From an uncultured Verrucomicrobiae bacterium (GTDB lineage: Bacteria > Verrucomicrobiota > Verrucomicrobiia > Limisphaerales > Palsa-1400): 64,000 nucleotides of DNA. Positions 9,538-19,753 of this stretch are shown here, one piece after another (positions within the stretch are counted from its first letter, which is position 1; every line of letters starts with the position of its first letter). Below the pieces are notes generated by a model, which saw nothing but the letters and a program-made list of their open reading frames with translations, did no database searches and was not told where the DNA came from. The DNA is taken from the NCBI GenBank assembly GCA_963764165.1, contig CAVXRD010000003.1, positions 416,001 to 480,000 of the forward strand. Reading direction: 5' to 3'. A program made the translations under genes and the position numbers.

Positions 9538-10626
9538 ATGCGCACGGTAAATGTCTCGTTGGGGCCGCGGAGTTATCCCATCATCATTGGTGAGAAACTT
9601 CTGCCGGAGCTTGGAGCGCGCTGCGCGGAACTCGCGCTGGGCCGCCGCTGCGTGGTCATCTCGGATGCAAATGTCGCGCCTAAGTTTGCCGCCAAAGCGC
9701 AGGCGTCGCTGCGCAAATCGGGGTTCGATCCATTGCTGATCACACTGCCGTCAGGCGAAACTTCGAAGAGCCTCAAGGCTTTCCAGAATTGCTGCAATCT
9801 CCTTGCTGAACATCGGCTGGAGCGCAAATCATTCATCGTCGCTCTCGGAGGCGGGGTGATTGGAGATTTGGCAGGATTCGTGGCGGCAGCCTATTTGCGT
9901 GGGATTGCGTTCGTTCAAGTTCCAACCACCCTGCTCGCCCAAGTCGACAGCGCCGTGGGAGGAAAAGTCGGCGTAAATCTTCCGGCGGGCAAGAATCTTG
10001 TCGGTGCATTTCACCAACCGCGCCTTGTGCTGAGCGATCTTGGCACGCTCCGCACCCTGCCCTTGCGCGAATTCCGATCTGGATTGGCGGAGGTCATCAA
10101 GTATGGAATTATATATGACGCGCCGTTTTTCGACAGATTGGAACGCGATCTTCCCAAATTGCTCCGACGCGATGCCAAAATTTTGGCCGACGTCGTCGCC
10201 CGCTGTTGCGAAATAAAAGCCGAAGTCGCGGCGCAGGACGAAACCGAAAGCGGCCTTCGCGCCATCCTCAATTTTGGCCACACCATTGGCCACGCCATCG
10301 AAGCGATTTCCGGCTACGGAAAATATCTGCACGGCGAAGCCATCTCCATCGGCCAGGTTGCGGCGGCTGAATTGTCTGTGCAATTGACCGGTCTTTCAAA
10401 AGAATCGGCTCGGCGGATTGAGAAATGGTTTGTCCGCGCTGGCTTGCCGGTATCGATCAAACTTTCGCCTCGCCAGCAAAAGGCTCTTCTCACCGCAATG
10501 CAATTGGACAAGAAAGTGAGCGACGGGCAGATTCGATTTGTGCTCGCGCGGGAAATCGGACGCGTCGAGATCGGCTGCAAGGTTTCTGTGGAATGCATTC
10601 GGAGTGCGATAGCGAGCGAGCGATGA
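9538..10626 (+). CDS. aroB: 3-dehydroquinate synthase
   Basis: ALGGGVIGDLAGFVAA, QVPTTLLAQVDSAVGGK, LNFGHTIGHAIE, HGEAISIG, DKK; ATG at 9538. Confidence 0.97.
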   Translation: MRTVNVSLGPRSYPIIIGEKLLPELGARCAELALGRRCVVISDANVAPKFAAKAQASLRKSGFDPLLITLPSGETSKSLKAFQNCCNLLAEHRLERKSFIVALGGGVIGDLAGFVAAAYLRGIAFVQVPTTLLAQVDSAVGGKVGVNLPAGKNLVGAFHQPRLVLSDLGTLRTLPLREFRSGLAEVIKYGIIYDAPFFDRLERDLPKLLRRDAKILADVVARCCEIKAEVAAQDETESGLRAILNFGHTIGHAIEAISGYGKYLHGEAISIGQVAAAELSVQLTGLSKESARRIEKWFVRAGLPVSIKLSPRQQKALLTAMQLDKKVSDGQIRFVLAREIGRVEIGCKVSVECIRSAIASER

Positions 10627-10641
10627 ACGTGGCCCTTCAGA

Positions 10642-10764
10642 CGGAGCGCGGCTGTGTCGAAGACCAGCCGCAGCAGCGCCGAACCGCCGCGCGCGTCGCT
10701 CGATTGCACGCTGCTGCGGCTGATTCTCCGTCGCTGCGCTCCGTCCGAATACAGCCGCGCTCCG
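10642..10764. repeat. REP-like palindromic element (family A, second copy)
   Basis: Left arm identical to the 33-mer at 9356; right arm interrupted (GCTGCGGCTG...ACAGCCGCGCTCCG). Confidence 0.85.
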
Positions 10765-10806
10765 TTCGCGAATTGCAAATGAGGCGCGCGTCAACTAACT
10801 TACGCC

Positions 10807-11376
10807 GTGGTTTTAGTCATAGATAATTACGATTCGTTCACCTACAACCTCGTCCAGTACTTGGGCGAGATGAAGGTGCCGATGGAAATTCGCCGCAACG
10901 ACCAGATCACGCTTGATCAGGCGCGCGAGCTGAATCCCGAGCGGATTCTCGTCTCGCCTGGCCCCTGCTCTCCCCGCGAATCGGGCCTTTCAAACGACAT
11001 CATTCGCGCATTCGGCACGAAGATTCCAGTCTTTGGCGTCTGCCTTGGGCACCAGTGCATTGGCCACACTTTTGGCGGCGATGTTATTGTCAATTATAGA
11101 ATCATGCACGGCAAAACGTCGCTCATCCGCCACAACGGCAAGGATCTTTTTCGCGATATGCCAAATCCCTTCGCCGCGACGCGCTATCATTCGCTCGTCA
11201 TCAAGCGAGAGACGCTCCCCGATTGCCTTGAAATCACGGCGGAGACGGAGGAAGGCGAAATCATGGGCGTGCGCCACAAGGAATTTCCGATTTGGGGCGT
11301 GCAGTTTCACCCTGAGAGCATTCTGACCGAAAGCGGCCGCCAGATTCTCAAAAATTTCATGACGCTGGCAGCGTAG
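10807..11376 (+). CDS. trpG: anthranilate/aminodeoxychorismate synthase component II (glutamine amidotransferase, TrpG/PabA)
   Basis: [38 protein letters not shown]; trpG and pabA cannot be distinguished. Confidence 0.9.
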   Translation: MVLVIDNYDSFTYNLVQYLGEMKVPMEIRRNDQITLDQARELNPERILVSPGPCSPRESGLSNDIIRAFGTKIPVFGVCLGHQCIGHTFGGDVIVNYRIMHGKTSLIRHNGKDLFRDMPNPFAATRYHSLVIKRETLPDCLEITAETEEGEIMGVRHKEFPIWGVQFHPESILTESGRQILKNFMTLAA

Positions 11377-11396
11377 ATCCAATCACCAAGCCTCTC

Positions 11397-12857
11397 TTGA
11401 ATCCGCCTAATTCGCATCCCGATTTTCAGCGGCTGGCACGCCAGGAGATGCTGCATGAAGGCTTCCAGCCTGACTTCCCGCCGGAGGTTGTTGCCGAAGT
11501 CAAATCGTTTTCCCCTGCCCCGACGGATGGGAAATCGCGCGACCTGCGAAATCTGCTTTGGTCCTCCATCGATAATACCGAGTCCCGCGATCTCGACCAG
11601 ATCGAGTGGGCGGAAAAGGCCGATAATAATTGCATTCGCGTCCGGGTTGGTGTCGCCGATGTCGACGCGGTCGTGAAAGCCAATTCGGCGACGGATGCTC
11701 ACGCGCGCGCGAACGCGACTTCTGTTTACCCGGGTGGGCCGGTGTTCCCGATGCTTCCCGAGCGATTGTCGACTGACTTGACGTCGCTCAATCTCAACGA
11801 AGATCGCGCCGCGTTCGTGACCGAATACGTTGTCGATCCAAATGGCGAGGTTGTTCATTCTGAAGTTTTTCAGGCCGTGGTGCGCAATCGCGCTCAATTA
11901 AATTACGAACAAGTCGGCAATTGGCTGGAAAAATCTCCGAGCGCCACAGGTTCTCCATTCACTTCGCCCGGTCTCGCCGAGCAGTTGCTGCTGCAAAACG
12001 AAGCAAGCCGCCGCCTGACCGCTCTTCGCAAACAGCACGGTTCGCTCACGCTGGATGGCGAGGACAGCGAGCCGAAAATTGTCAATAATACCGTCCAGAG
12101 TTTCCTGACGGTGCGGGATAATCCGGCCCGCCAGCTTATCGAAAGTTTCATGGTCGCCGCCAACGTGGCGATGGCTGGGTTTCTGCGCGCTCGCGGCTGC
12201 TTCTGCCTTCGCCGCGTCGTAAGAACGCCAAAACGCTGGGATCGAATCCAAGAACTGGCGGCTGCCGCAGGCGCCAAACTCCCCAGCGAACCGGACGCCC
12301 GCGCCTTGAATGCATTTTTATTGGCGCGAAAACAAGCGGACCCGGAGAGGTTCCCGGAATTGTCGCTTGCCGTCGTCAAGTCCCTTGGCCCGGGAGAGTA
12401 CGTCGTCGAGCATCCAGGCGATGAGCACACCGGACACTTTGCCCTGGCGGTCGGCGACTATACACATTCCACCGCACCGAACCGGCGCTACGCGGACCTG
12501 ACGGTGCTTCGGCTGCTGAAGTCCGCGCTGGCGGGCGCGCCCGCACCGTTTTCCGAAGGCGCGCTGACGGATTTGGCCGCTCATTGCACTGAGCGCGAAG
12601 CGGCTTCGCGGCATGTTGAACGCTTTATGAAGAAGGTGGCCGCCGCAATCATGCTTGCGCCGAAAGTTGGGTCTGTATTTGACGCCATTGTCACCGGTGT
12701 TTCACCCAAGGGAACATTCGCCCGTTTGTTGACAGTTCCCGCCGAAGGCAGGATCATGCACGGCGCCCAAGGGCTGGATGTCGGCGCGAAAACGCAAGTG
12801 AAACTCACGGGCGTTGATGCGTCGAAAGGCTTCATCGATTTTGCCGTGGCCCCCTGA
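11397..12857 (+). CDS. RNB-domain (RNase II/R family) exoribonuclease, short form
   Basis: SSIDNTESRDLDQ, ATSVY, MLPERLS, LIESFMVAAN, YTHSTAPNRRYADL. Confidence 0.88.
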   Translation: MNPPNSHPDFQRLARQEMLHEGFQPDFPPEVVAEVKSFSPAPTDGKSRDLRNLLWSSIDNTESRDLDQIEWAEKADNNCIRVRVGVADVDAVVKANSATDAHARANATSVYPGGPVFPMLPERLSTDLTSLNLNEDRAAFVTEYVVDPNGEVVHSEVFQAVVRNRAQLNYEQVGNWLEKSPSATGSPFTSPGLAEQLLLQNEASRRLTALRKQHGSLTLDGEDSEPKIVNNTVQSFLTVRDNPARQLIESFMVAANVAMAGFLRARGCFCLRRVVRTPKRWDRIQELAAAAGAKLPSEPDARALNAFLLARKQADPERFPELSLAVVKSLGPGEYVVEHPGDEHTGHFALAVGDYTHSTAPNRRYADLTVLRLLKSALAGAPAPFSEGALTDLAAHCTEREAASRHVERFMKKVAAAIMLAPKVGSVFDAIVTGVSPKGTFARLLTVPAEGRIMHGAQGLDVGAKTQVKLTGVDASKGFIDFAVAP

Positions 12858-12872
12858 CAAGTCAGATACACA

Positions 12873-14015
12873 ATGAAATCAAAAAAGGCAGCACCCACTC
12901 CACAACTTTCTACCTTCGCGTTTCCGACCAAGACACTTTACGGCACGGGCGCCCTTGGCTCCCTGCCTTCGATGCTCGCGGAATTGAAGATCAAACGCCC
13001 TTTGATCGTCACGGATCCCGGACTCCTCCCGACCAACGCATTCCATCAGCTTCAGCAGGTTTCCAAAGGCAAATGGCCAGTCTGCTCCGCCGTGCATCCG
13101 AATCCAATTGTTGACGATGTGGAGGCGTGCGCCCAGGCCTTCCGCAAGGGCAAATGCGATGCCGTCCTCGCATTTGGCGGCGGCAGCGCGCTCGATGTCG
13201 GCAAGGCCGTTCGCTTGCGGTTGAAGCGCCCGAAACTTCCGCTCTCCAGATTTGATTGGACGCTGGATTGGAGCGGACTTGCGCCGTTCGTCGCCATTCC
13301 CACCACGGCGGGAACCGGCAGCGAAGTTGGGCGCAGTTCGGTGATCACGATTGATGGCCGCAAACGCGTCATGTTCCACCCGGCGCTGCTGGCGGCGTTT
13401 GTTATACTTGACCCCGTGCTGACCGTTGATTTGCCGCCGCGCCTGACCGCTGCCACTGGCGCGGATGCCCTCACCCATTGCATTGAGTCATTCGTCTCGC
13501 CTGTTTTCCATCCGCTGTGCGAAGGCATCGCGCTGGAGGGATTGCATTTGATCGCGACAGCGTTGCCAAGAGCTGTCAAGCATGGGGCCGACCTAGAGGC
13601 GCGCGGGCACATGCAGATCGCGGCCATGATGGGTGGCATCGCCTTTCAAAAGGATCTCGGTGTCGCGCATTCCCTTTCGCATCCGCTTTCGACCTTATGC
13701 GGCCTGCACCATGGAACGGCCAACGCGCTGACGCTTCCCGCGACGATGCGTTTCAACGCCTCGCGCAAGCCCGGCCTTTACCGCCGCGTCGGCATTGCGC
13801 TGGGCTTGGAAAATCCCGACGACTGCGCCACCATTGAATTTGTCGAGCGCTTGCTTGCTGACATTGGTTTGACGCCTGGTCTCCGCCATTATGGCGTAAA
13901 AACGTCGCAATTTCCGGCGCTGACGAAGCTGGCTTTTGCCGATTCGTGCCATCAAACGAACGCGGTCCCTGTCACGACAAAGGATTTGCGCGAACTTTAC
14001 GAAATCGCCTATTAA
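12873..14015 (+). CDS. iron-containing alcohol dehydrogenase
   Basis: GGGSALDVGK, IPTTAGTGSE, DALTHCIE, AHSLSHP, HHG. Confidence 0.92.
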   Translation: MKSKKAAPTPQLSTFAFPTKTLYGTGALGSLPSMLAELKIKRPLIVTDPGLLPTNAFHQLQQVSKGKWPVCSAVHPNPIVDDVEACAQAFRKGKCDAVLAFGGGSALDVGKAVRLRLKRPKLPLSRFDWTLDWSGLAPFVAIPTTAGTGSEVGRSSVITIDGRKRVMFHPALLAAFVILDPVLTVDLPPRLTAATGADALTHCIESFVSPVFHPLCEGIALEGLHLIATALPRAVKHGADLEARGHMQIAAMMGGIAFQKDLGVAHSLSHPLSTLCGLHHGTANALTLPATMRFNASRKPGLYRRVGIALGLENPDDCATIEFVERLLADIGLTPGLRHYGVKTSQFPALTKLAFADSCHQTNAVPVTTKDLRELYEIAY

Positions 14016-14018
14016 GCC

Positions 14019-15449
14019 ATGAAATTCCCGGTTCAACTCGTCATCAATGGCAAGACGTGTGCTGCGACAGGCGGGCAAACGCGTCCGCTCATTAATCCGT
14101 CCACCGAAGAGACTCTTTGCGAGGTTGCGTCGGCGACGGCGAAGGATGTCGAGATTGCAGTCGAGGGCGCGCAAAAAGCATTTCTCGAGGAATGGCGCGA
14201 CATGAAGCCCGGAAAACGCGCGGAAGTTCTTTTTCGCGTGGCCCACGAAATTCGCGCCAATATCGAGGAGCTTGCCCAATTGGAAATGCTGAACATCGGC
14301 AAGCCCATCAGCGATGCGCGCGATGAAATTGGTTTGGGCGCGCGGACGTTCGAATACTATGCCGGAGCCGTGGGCAAATTTTGCGGCCAGACCATTCCGG
14401 TCGCGCGCGGAGGATTTGATTTTACGCTGCGCCAGCCGATGGGAGTTGTCGCAGCCATCGTGCCGTGGAATTTTCCGTTTCCGATTGCCTGCTGGAAAGT
14501 CGCGCCGGCCCTCGCCGCCGGGAACTCGGTCATTCTCAAACCAGCCACGCTCTCTCCGCTGACGGCATTGCGCCTTGGCGAAATTGCGCTTTCGGCGGGC
14601 CTTCCTTCCGGCGTGCTGCAAGTTCTCGCGGGGCCGGGCGCGGAAATTGGCAATGCGCTCGTGCGCCATCCGCTGGTGCGCAAAATCGGCTTCACTGGAT
14701 CGACTGCTGTTGGCTCCAGCATCATGGAGATGGCGGCGAATGACATCAAACGCGTCTCGCTGGAATTGGGCGGCAAATCTCCGAACATCGTCTTTGCGGA
14801 CGCCGATTGGGAAACCGCGGCCCGCACTTCTCCCATGAGTGTCTTTGCAAATACAGGCCAGGATTGCTGCGCTCGCAGCCGCTTGTTTGTTGAGCGCAGG
14901 ATTTACAAAAAATTTGTGGATGTTTTTGTCGAATCTACCGCTGCGCTCGTCGTGGGAAATCCGGCCAAGGACAAAACGCAGTTGGGTCCGCTCGTCTCGA
15001 AGCAACAGCGCGACAGTGTCGAAACGTTTCTGGAAGGAGCGAAAAAATTTAAGCGCAAATTCCTTTTCGGAGGAGACCGCCCTGCGAAGAAGGGATATTT
15101 TTTGAATCCAACCGTCGTGGCTGAATGCGAGACATCAGACGAAATTTGGCGGCAGGAGGTTTTCGGCCCGGTCGTTTGCCTCCGCCCATTCACCGACGAA
15201 GCCGCGATGCTGGCGGAAGTGAATGAATCGCCTTACGGACTGAGCGGCTCGATTTGGACGCGCGATTTGTCCCGCGCCTTGCGCGTGGCGCGCCTTGTCG
15301 AGAGTGGTGTGCTGAGCGTCAACAGCCATTCGAGCGTGCATCTCGAAGCGCCGTTCGGCGGATTCAAGCAAAGCGGCCTCGGCCGCGATCTCGGCATGAC
15401 GGCGATGGAAAGTTACAGTGAATTGAAAAACGTCTACGTCGCGGAATAA
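14019..15449 (+). CDS. NAD-dependent aldehyde dehydrogenase (PuuC/gamma-glutamyl-aldehyde type)
   Basis: PWNFP, FTGSTAVG, LELGGKSP, GQDCCA, EVFGPV, PFGGFKQSG. Confidence 0.93.
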   Translation: MKFPVQLVINGKTCAATGGQTRPLINPSTEETLCEVASATAKDVEIAVEGAQKAFLEEWRDMKPGKRAEVLFRVAHEIRANIEELAQLEMLNIGKPISDARDEIGLGARTFEYYAGAVGKFCGQTIPVARGGFDFTLRQPMGVVAAIVPWNFPFPIACWKVAPALAAGNSVILKPATLSPLTALRLGEIALSAGLPSGVLQVLAGPGAEIGNALVRHPLVRKIGFTGSTAVGSSIMEMAANDIKRVSLELGGKSPNIVFADADWETAARTSPMSVFANTGQDCCARSRLFVERRIYKKFVDVFVESTAALVVGNPAKDKTQLGPLVSKQQRDSVETFLEGAKKFKRKFLFGGDRPAKKGYFLNPTVVAECETSDEIWRQEVFGPVVCLRPFTDEAAMLAEVNESPYGLSGSIWTRDLSRALRVARLVESGVLSVNSHSSVHLEAPFGGFKQSGLGRDLGMTAMESYSELKNVYVAE

Positions 15450-15452
15450 AAA

Positions 15453-16799
15453 ATGAATCTCGCCCAGCTCAAATCGAAAATCGGACGCGGAGAAATCGAC
15501 ACGATTCAGGTGGTGTTTCCCGATCCGATCGGCCGCCTGCTGGGCAAGCGCGTCACAGGCCGCCATTTTCTCGATTCGATTCTTCCGGACGGAACACACG
15601 GCTGCAATTATCTCCTGACCGTCGACATGGAAATGGAGCCGGTTCCCGGATTCAAGCTGGCCAACTGGGAATCGGGCTTCGGCGATTTTTCGTTCAAGGT
15701 CGATATTTCCACGTTGCGCCCCATTCCATGGATCCCCGGCACTGCATTGGTTATTTGCGATTTATTTCATCACGACGAAAAGCCTGTTGAAGAATGCCCG
15801 CGCCAAGTGCTTCGCCGCCAGCTCGAAGCGCTAAAAAAGGACGGCTTCAATTGCTTCGCGGCCAGCGAGCTGGAATTTTTCCTGTTCAACCAAACGTATC
15901 ACGAAGCGGTGGAAAAACGGTTCGTTGATTTGACGCCATCGAGCGATTACCGGATCGATTACCATGTCTCCCAACCCGCCCGCGATGAGGCCATCATGAA
16001 GGCGTTGCGCAATCAGATGGACGCGGCGGACATTCCAATTGAGTCGTCGAAGGGCGAATGGGGAAAGGGCCAGCACGAGGTAAATTTTATATATGACGAG
16101 CCGCTCGCGATGGCGGACCGGCATGTCGTCTTCAAGCAAGGCGCGCGGGAAATCGCCGCGCAAAACGGCAAGTGCATCACCTTCATGCCCAAGTTCGACG
16201 CGGGCGAAGTCGGCAGCAGCTGCCATATTCACATGAGCCTTTGGGGCGGCGGCAAAAATCAATTCTGGGATGTCAAAAAGAAGGAGGGCTCGAAGATTTT
16301 TCGCCAATTTCTCGGCGGCTTGATGAAATACGGGCCGGAACTTTGCTACTTTTTCGCGCCGACCATCAATGCCTACAAACGCTATCAACCCGGCAGTTGG
16401 GCGCCCACCAAAATGGCGTGGGCTTACGATAATCGGACTGCGGGCTATCGCGTGGTTGGCGGCGGAAACTCCTTTCGCATTGAAAATCGAATGCCCGGTG
16501 CCGACGCCAATCCGTATCTCGCTTTCGCCGCCATGATTGCAGCGGGCCGCGCCGGAATCGCCGAGAACCTCAATTGCGGCGATGTCTATACTGGCAATGC
16601 CTACGCAGACCCCGGTTTGCCGGCCCTCCCGCATTCTCTTCGCACCGCCGCTGAATTGCTCAACGCAAGCCAACTCGCAAAAAAATCGATGGGCGAAGCC
16701 GTGGTGGAATTTTACGTCCACACCGCCCGCGCTGAGGCGCAAGCGTACGACAACGCGGTGACGGATTGGGAAAAAAAGCGCTATTTCGAGCGCATTTGA
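15453..16799 (+). CDS. glutamine synthetase-like gamma-glutamyl ligase (PuuA/GlnA4-like)
   Basis: GRLLGKR, ASELEFFLF, SSKGEWGKGQHE, GSSCHIHMSL, NAYKRY, RIENRMPGADANPY; lacks the GSI adenylylation motif NLYDL. Confidence 0.85.
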   Translation: MNLAQLKSKIGRGEIDTIQVVFPDPIGRLLGKRVTGRHFLDSILPDGTHGCNYLLTVDMEMEPVPGFKLANWESGFGDFSFKVDISTLRPIPWIPGTALVICDLFHHDEKPVEECPRQVLRRQLEALKKDGFNCFAASELEFFLFNQTYHEAVEKRFVDLTPSSDYRIDYHVSQPARDEAIMKALRNQMDAADIPIESSKGEWGKGQHEVNFIYDEPLAMADRHVVFKQGAREIAAQNGKCITFMPKFDAGEVGSSCHIHMSLWGGGKNQFWDVKKKEGSKIFRQFLGGLMKYGPELCYFFAPTINAYKRYQPGSWAPTKMAWAYDNRTAGYRVVGGGNSFRIENRMPGADANPYLAFAAMIAAGRAGIAENLNCGDVYTGNAYADPGLPALPHSLRTAAELLNASQLAKKSMGEAVVEFYVHTARAEAQAYDNAVTDWEKKRYFERI

Positions 16800-16820
16800 T
16801 TCCAACCATTAGGCAATCTC

Positions 16821-16877
16821 GGTAGGGCGAGTCTCCCGCCGAGCCATCTTCGCGGGGACGGCTCGGCGGGAGGCCCC
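16821..16877. repeat. GTAG-type REP hairpin
   Basis: GGTAGGGCGAGT followed by a 13-bp perfect IR CTCCCGCCGAGCC (16833-16845) / GGCTCGGCGGGAG (16860-16872). Confidence 0.75.
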
Positions 16878-16920
16878 AATCAACAAAGTTGGTGAGAAGT
16901 GCCAATGATCCGAAGTGGGA

Positions 16921-17031
16921 TGCGGGACGCGAGGCGCGTCCCGCTGCACGCGGGGGCGCGTGCGCTCCCCGGATTCAGACCTTGGGGAGCACACGCGCCT
17001 CGCGTGTCGCGCTCGGCGCCCTCGCGGAGCG
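16921..17031. repeat. GC-rich REP-like composite palindrome
   Basis: Hairpin GCGGGACGCG-AGG-CGCGTCCCGC plus near-IR CACGCGGGGGCGCGTGCGCTCCCC / GGGGAGCACACGCGCCTCGCGTG. Confidence 0.7.
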
Positions 17032-17093
17032 CTTCCCCTGTGGTTCATTGGCAACCTCGCCCTGCCACGCTCATTTAACGTTCGTGCAAGATT

Positions 17094-17134
17094 TTTCAAA
17101 AGTGTGACAATTCGCTCGCGAGGGTGTTTAAGTT
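17094..17134 (+). promoter_or_regulatory. putative OmpR/PhoB-family direct-repeat box and -10 element
   Basis: TTTCAA-N5-TGACAA (11-bp period) then TAAGTT; the same arrangement recurs at 19740-19782. Confidence 0.5.
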
Positions 17135-17154
17135 GTCATGGAAAAATCGACGCG

Positions 17155-19062
17155 ATGAACGTTCGTCCTAATAACGGTTCCAGTCAGCCTCGTTTCTTTT
17201 GGCGAGGCGTGCTGATTCTGCTTCCGCTGGCGCTGCTGGCGGGCGTCGGCATCTGGTCCCTGTTCCAGGATCGATTGATGGCGGAGGCCGAGGCGCGGAA
17301 TCGCTGCCAACAAGCTGCCTCCCAGTACGCTCAAGTGATGGAGGGCCAAATTTGGTGGCAGACGAATCTTCCCCTCTCGCGCATCACCCTTGACGAGCAT
17401 GGAGAGTTGCAAGCGATTGATAATTCGCGCTCCAAAACCATCTTTCCTGAGCGCCGCGGTGTAACACCTCCTCCCCTCGAAAGGCTGACGACTTCGCAGC
17501 GAGAACTCTGGGAACGAGCAGTCTCCGCAGAAATTCTCTACCGAACGAATGTTGCGGAATCGTTTTCAACCTTTATTGCCAGCAGCCCTCCCCAAGCATT
17601 TCTAACCAGGGCGCGTTACTCGATTGCGTTGTCAGTGCTTCATTCGGATCTCCGAAAAGCAACGAATCTTTTATGGGAAGTCAGAAGCGATCCCAGCACC
17701 ACAACGGAAGGTGGCGTTCCCTACAGCGACCTGGCCATGTATCAACTTACAAAACTGAACCTTTTCATGGACAAATCAAAGCGGGGCGTCTGGCAGACCC
17801 TGCTGGACAAGCCAACACTTCTATCGCGCCCTCTCTTGGAAGAGCTTGCTGGCCCTCATTCGGAAGTGATCGCTCACTGGGAACGGGATCAATCTGCACG
17901 CGAATTCTATGCCTTCATTGCGCCGCGTCTTTCCGGCAAAGACCGCGGAGCGCAATGCGGCTGGGTGCCGTGGCGCGGCGAGGATTGGCTCTGGATGCGG
18001 ACTTCCTTTGAAGGCGGGTCATCGGTTGGAGCTGTTCCTGCTAGCTTCGTGGAACGTGCGGTCGCAAGAGCAATCCCCGCAGAGCAACGGCTGCTCTTGT
18101 ACGCGCAGCCTGTCATTCGCATTTGCGGCAAGGCATTCCCGAGCGCTGCGCCATCCGGCCAACTTCTGGCGACGGGCAACGCCTCACTGGCCGACAACTC
18201 GGACGGCAAAGTGGAAGTCACGGAATTCCTAGCTCATCCCGAAATTCTATACGCCGAGGCCCGGCGGCGCACCTGGTGGTTCGCGGCGCTGATTGCGGTT
18301 TCCGCCGCCGCCGCCGTTGCCGGCCTGGCCAGCGCGTGGCGGGGATTTCGGCAGCAGTGCCAACTAAACGAATTAAAGAGCAATTTTGTTTCCAGTGTTT
18401 CGCACGAATTGCGCGCACCCATCGCCTCGATGCGGTTGATGGCGGAAAGTCTGGAGCGCGGCAAGATCGCCGACCCCGCGCGGCAGCGAGAATACTTCGG
18501 AATGCTCGTCCAGGAATCGCGGCGGCTGGCCATGCTGATCGAGAACATTCTCGATTTCTCGCGCATCGAGCGCGGGAGCAAATCATACGAATTCGAACCG
18601 GCCAACTTGAACGCGCTGGCTCGTGATACCGTAAAAATGATGTCTCCAGCCGCCGCTGAGAAAAATGTTGTCCTCGAATTGCAGGCGTCGAGCGCGAAGA
18701 ACGCCGATTCCGTTTCGTGCGATGCTCTGGCCGTTCGGCAGGCGCTCATCAATCTTATTGACAACGCCATCAAACATTCGCCGTCCGGCGGACGCGTATT
18801 AGTCGGTGTAGAGAATGGCGGGACGACACTTTCGCTTTGGGTGGAAGACAAAGGCGCGGGAATTCCTCGGGAGGAGCATCAGAAAATATTTGAGCGATTT
18901 TACCGGCGCGGATCCGAATTGCGCCGCGAGACCCAGGGAATCGGCATCGGCCTGACCATTGTAAAACATATTGTCGACGGGCATCGCGGGCGCGTGGCTG
19001 TCCGCAGCGCGCCGGGGGAAGGCAGCCGGTTCACGATTGAATTGCCATTGCATGAAAACTGA
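17155..19062 (+). CDS. membrane sensor histidine kinase
   Basis: Two TMs flanking a large periplasmic domain; H-box SVSHELRAP, NLIDNAIKHS, DKGAGI, GIGIGL; ATG at 17155 (upstream extension is REP-derived). Confidence 0.93.
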   Translation: MNVRPNNGSSQPRFFWRGVLILLPLALLAGVGIWSLFQDRLMAEAEARNRCQQAASQYAQVMEGQIWWQTNLPLSRITLDEHGELQAIDNSRSKTIFPERRGVTPPPLERLTTSQRELWERAVSAEILYRTNVAESFSTFIASSPPQAFLTRARYSIALSVLHSDLRKATNLLWEVRSDPSTTTEGGVPYSDLAMYQLTKLNLFMDKSKRGVWQTLLDKPTLLSRPLLEELAGPHSEVIAHWERDQSAREFYAFIAPRLSGKDRGAQCGWVPWRGEDWLWMRTSFEGGSSVGAVPASFVERAVARAIPAEQRLLLYAQPVIRICGKAFPSAAPSGQLLATGNASLADNSDGKVEVTEFLAHPEILYAEARRRTWWFAALIAVSAAAAVAGLASAWRGFRQQCQLNELKSNFVSSVSHELRAPIASMRLMAESLERGKIADPARQREYFGMLVQESRRLAMLIENILDFSRIERGSKSYEFEPANLNALARDTVKMMSPAAAEKNVVLELQASSAKNADSVSCDALAVRQALINLIDNAIKHSPSGGRVLVGVENGGTTLSLWVEDKGAGIPREEHQKIFERFYRRGSELRRETQGIGIGLTIVKHIVDGHRGRVAVRSAPGEGSRFTIELPLHEN

Positions 19063-19753
19063 CGCCCGCATTTTAATCATTGAAGACGAATTGCCAATGC
19101 GCACTGCGCTGACGGATTGCCTGGAGGCGGAAGGCTATCGCGTGCTCACCGCGGCGGACGGCCCTAGCGGCTTGGAACGCGCCGTCCGCGAAAAGCCCGA
19201 TCTCATTCTCATGGACATCATGATGCCAAAACTCGACGGTTACTCGCTCTGCGCCCAAATACGCCGCCTATCTCTTATGATTCCCATTCTCATGCTGACA
19301 GCGAAAGGCCAGGTCGAAGACCGCGTGCGCGGCCTGGACGCCGGGGCGGATGATTATCTCGTGAAACCGTTCAGCACCGACGAACTGCTGGCGCGCGCGC
19401 GGGCCCTGCTCCGCCGCGCCCGCAAACAATCTTCCCTGCCCGACACGCTTTGCCTCGGGCGCGTGGTCATCGATTTGCCGAGGCAAACGGCGACCCGCAA
19501 AGGCAAGCCGATCCACCTGAGCGCGCGCGAATTCGCCATGCTGCGCCTGATGCTGGAAACACCCGGCGAGCCGGTGACGCGCGAGCGTTTTCTCGACGCC
19601 GTCTGGGGCTACACGGCGTTTCCCACCACGCGCACGGTGGACACGCACATCGCCGCTTTGCGGGCGAAGATCGAAGAAAATCCCGAGGAGCCGAAGTGGA
19701 TCAAGACCGTGCATGGAACAGGTTACCGCCTGGAATTTCTTACAAAACCATGA
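19052..19753 (+). CDS. OmpR/PhoB-family response regulator
   Basis: ILIIEDE, DIMMP, LTAK, GADDYLVKPF, RTVDTHIAALRAKIE, TVHGTGYR; overlaps the kinase stop. Confidence 0.95.
   Translation: MKTDARILIIEDELPMRTALTDCLEAEGYRVLTAADGPSGLERAVREKPDLILMDIMMPKLDGYSLCAQIRRLSLMIPILMLTAKGQVEDRVRGLDAGADDYLVKPFSTDELLARARALLRRARKQSSLPDTLCLGRVVIDLPRQTATRKGKPIHLSAREFAMLRLMLETPGEPVTRERFLDAVWGYTAFPTTRTVDTHIAALRAKIEENPEEPKWIKTVHGTGYRLEFLTKP

Noticed and set aside
10807..11376. Glutamine amidotransferase as the missing gamma-glutamyl hydrolase of the downstream cluster
   Set aside because: It carries the canonical TrpG/PabA signature ([15 protein letters not shown]), not peptidase C26 features.
16915..17154. 80-aa N-terminal extension of the histidine kinase
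   Set aside because: Open reading through REP palindromes; ATG 17155 precedes the first TM and follows promoter-like motifs.
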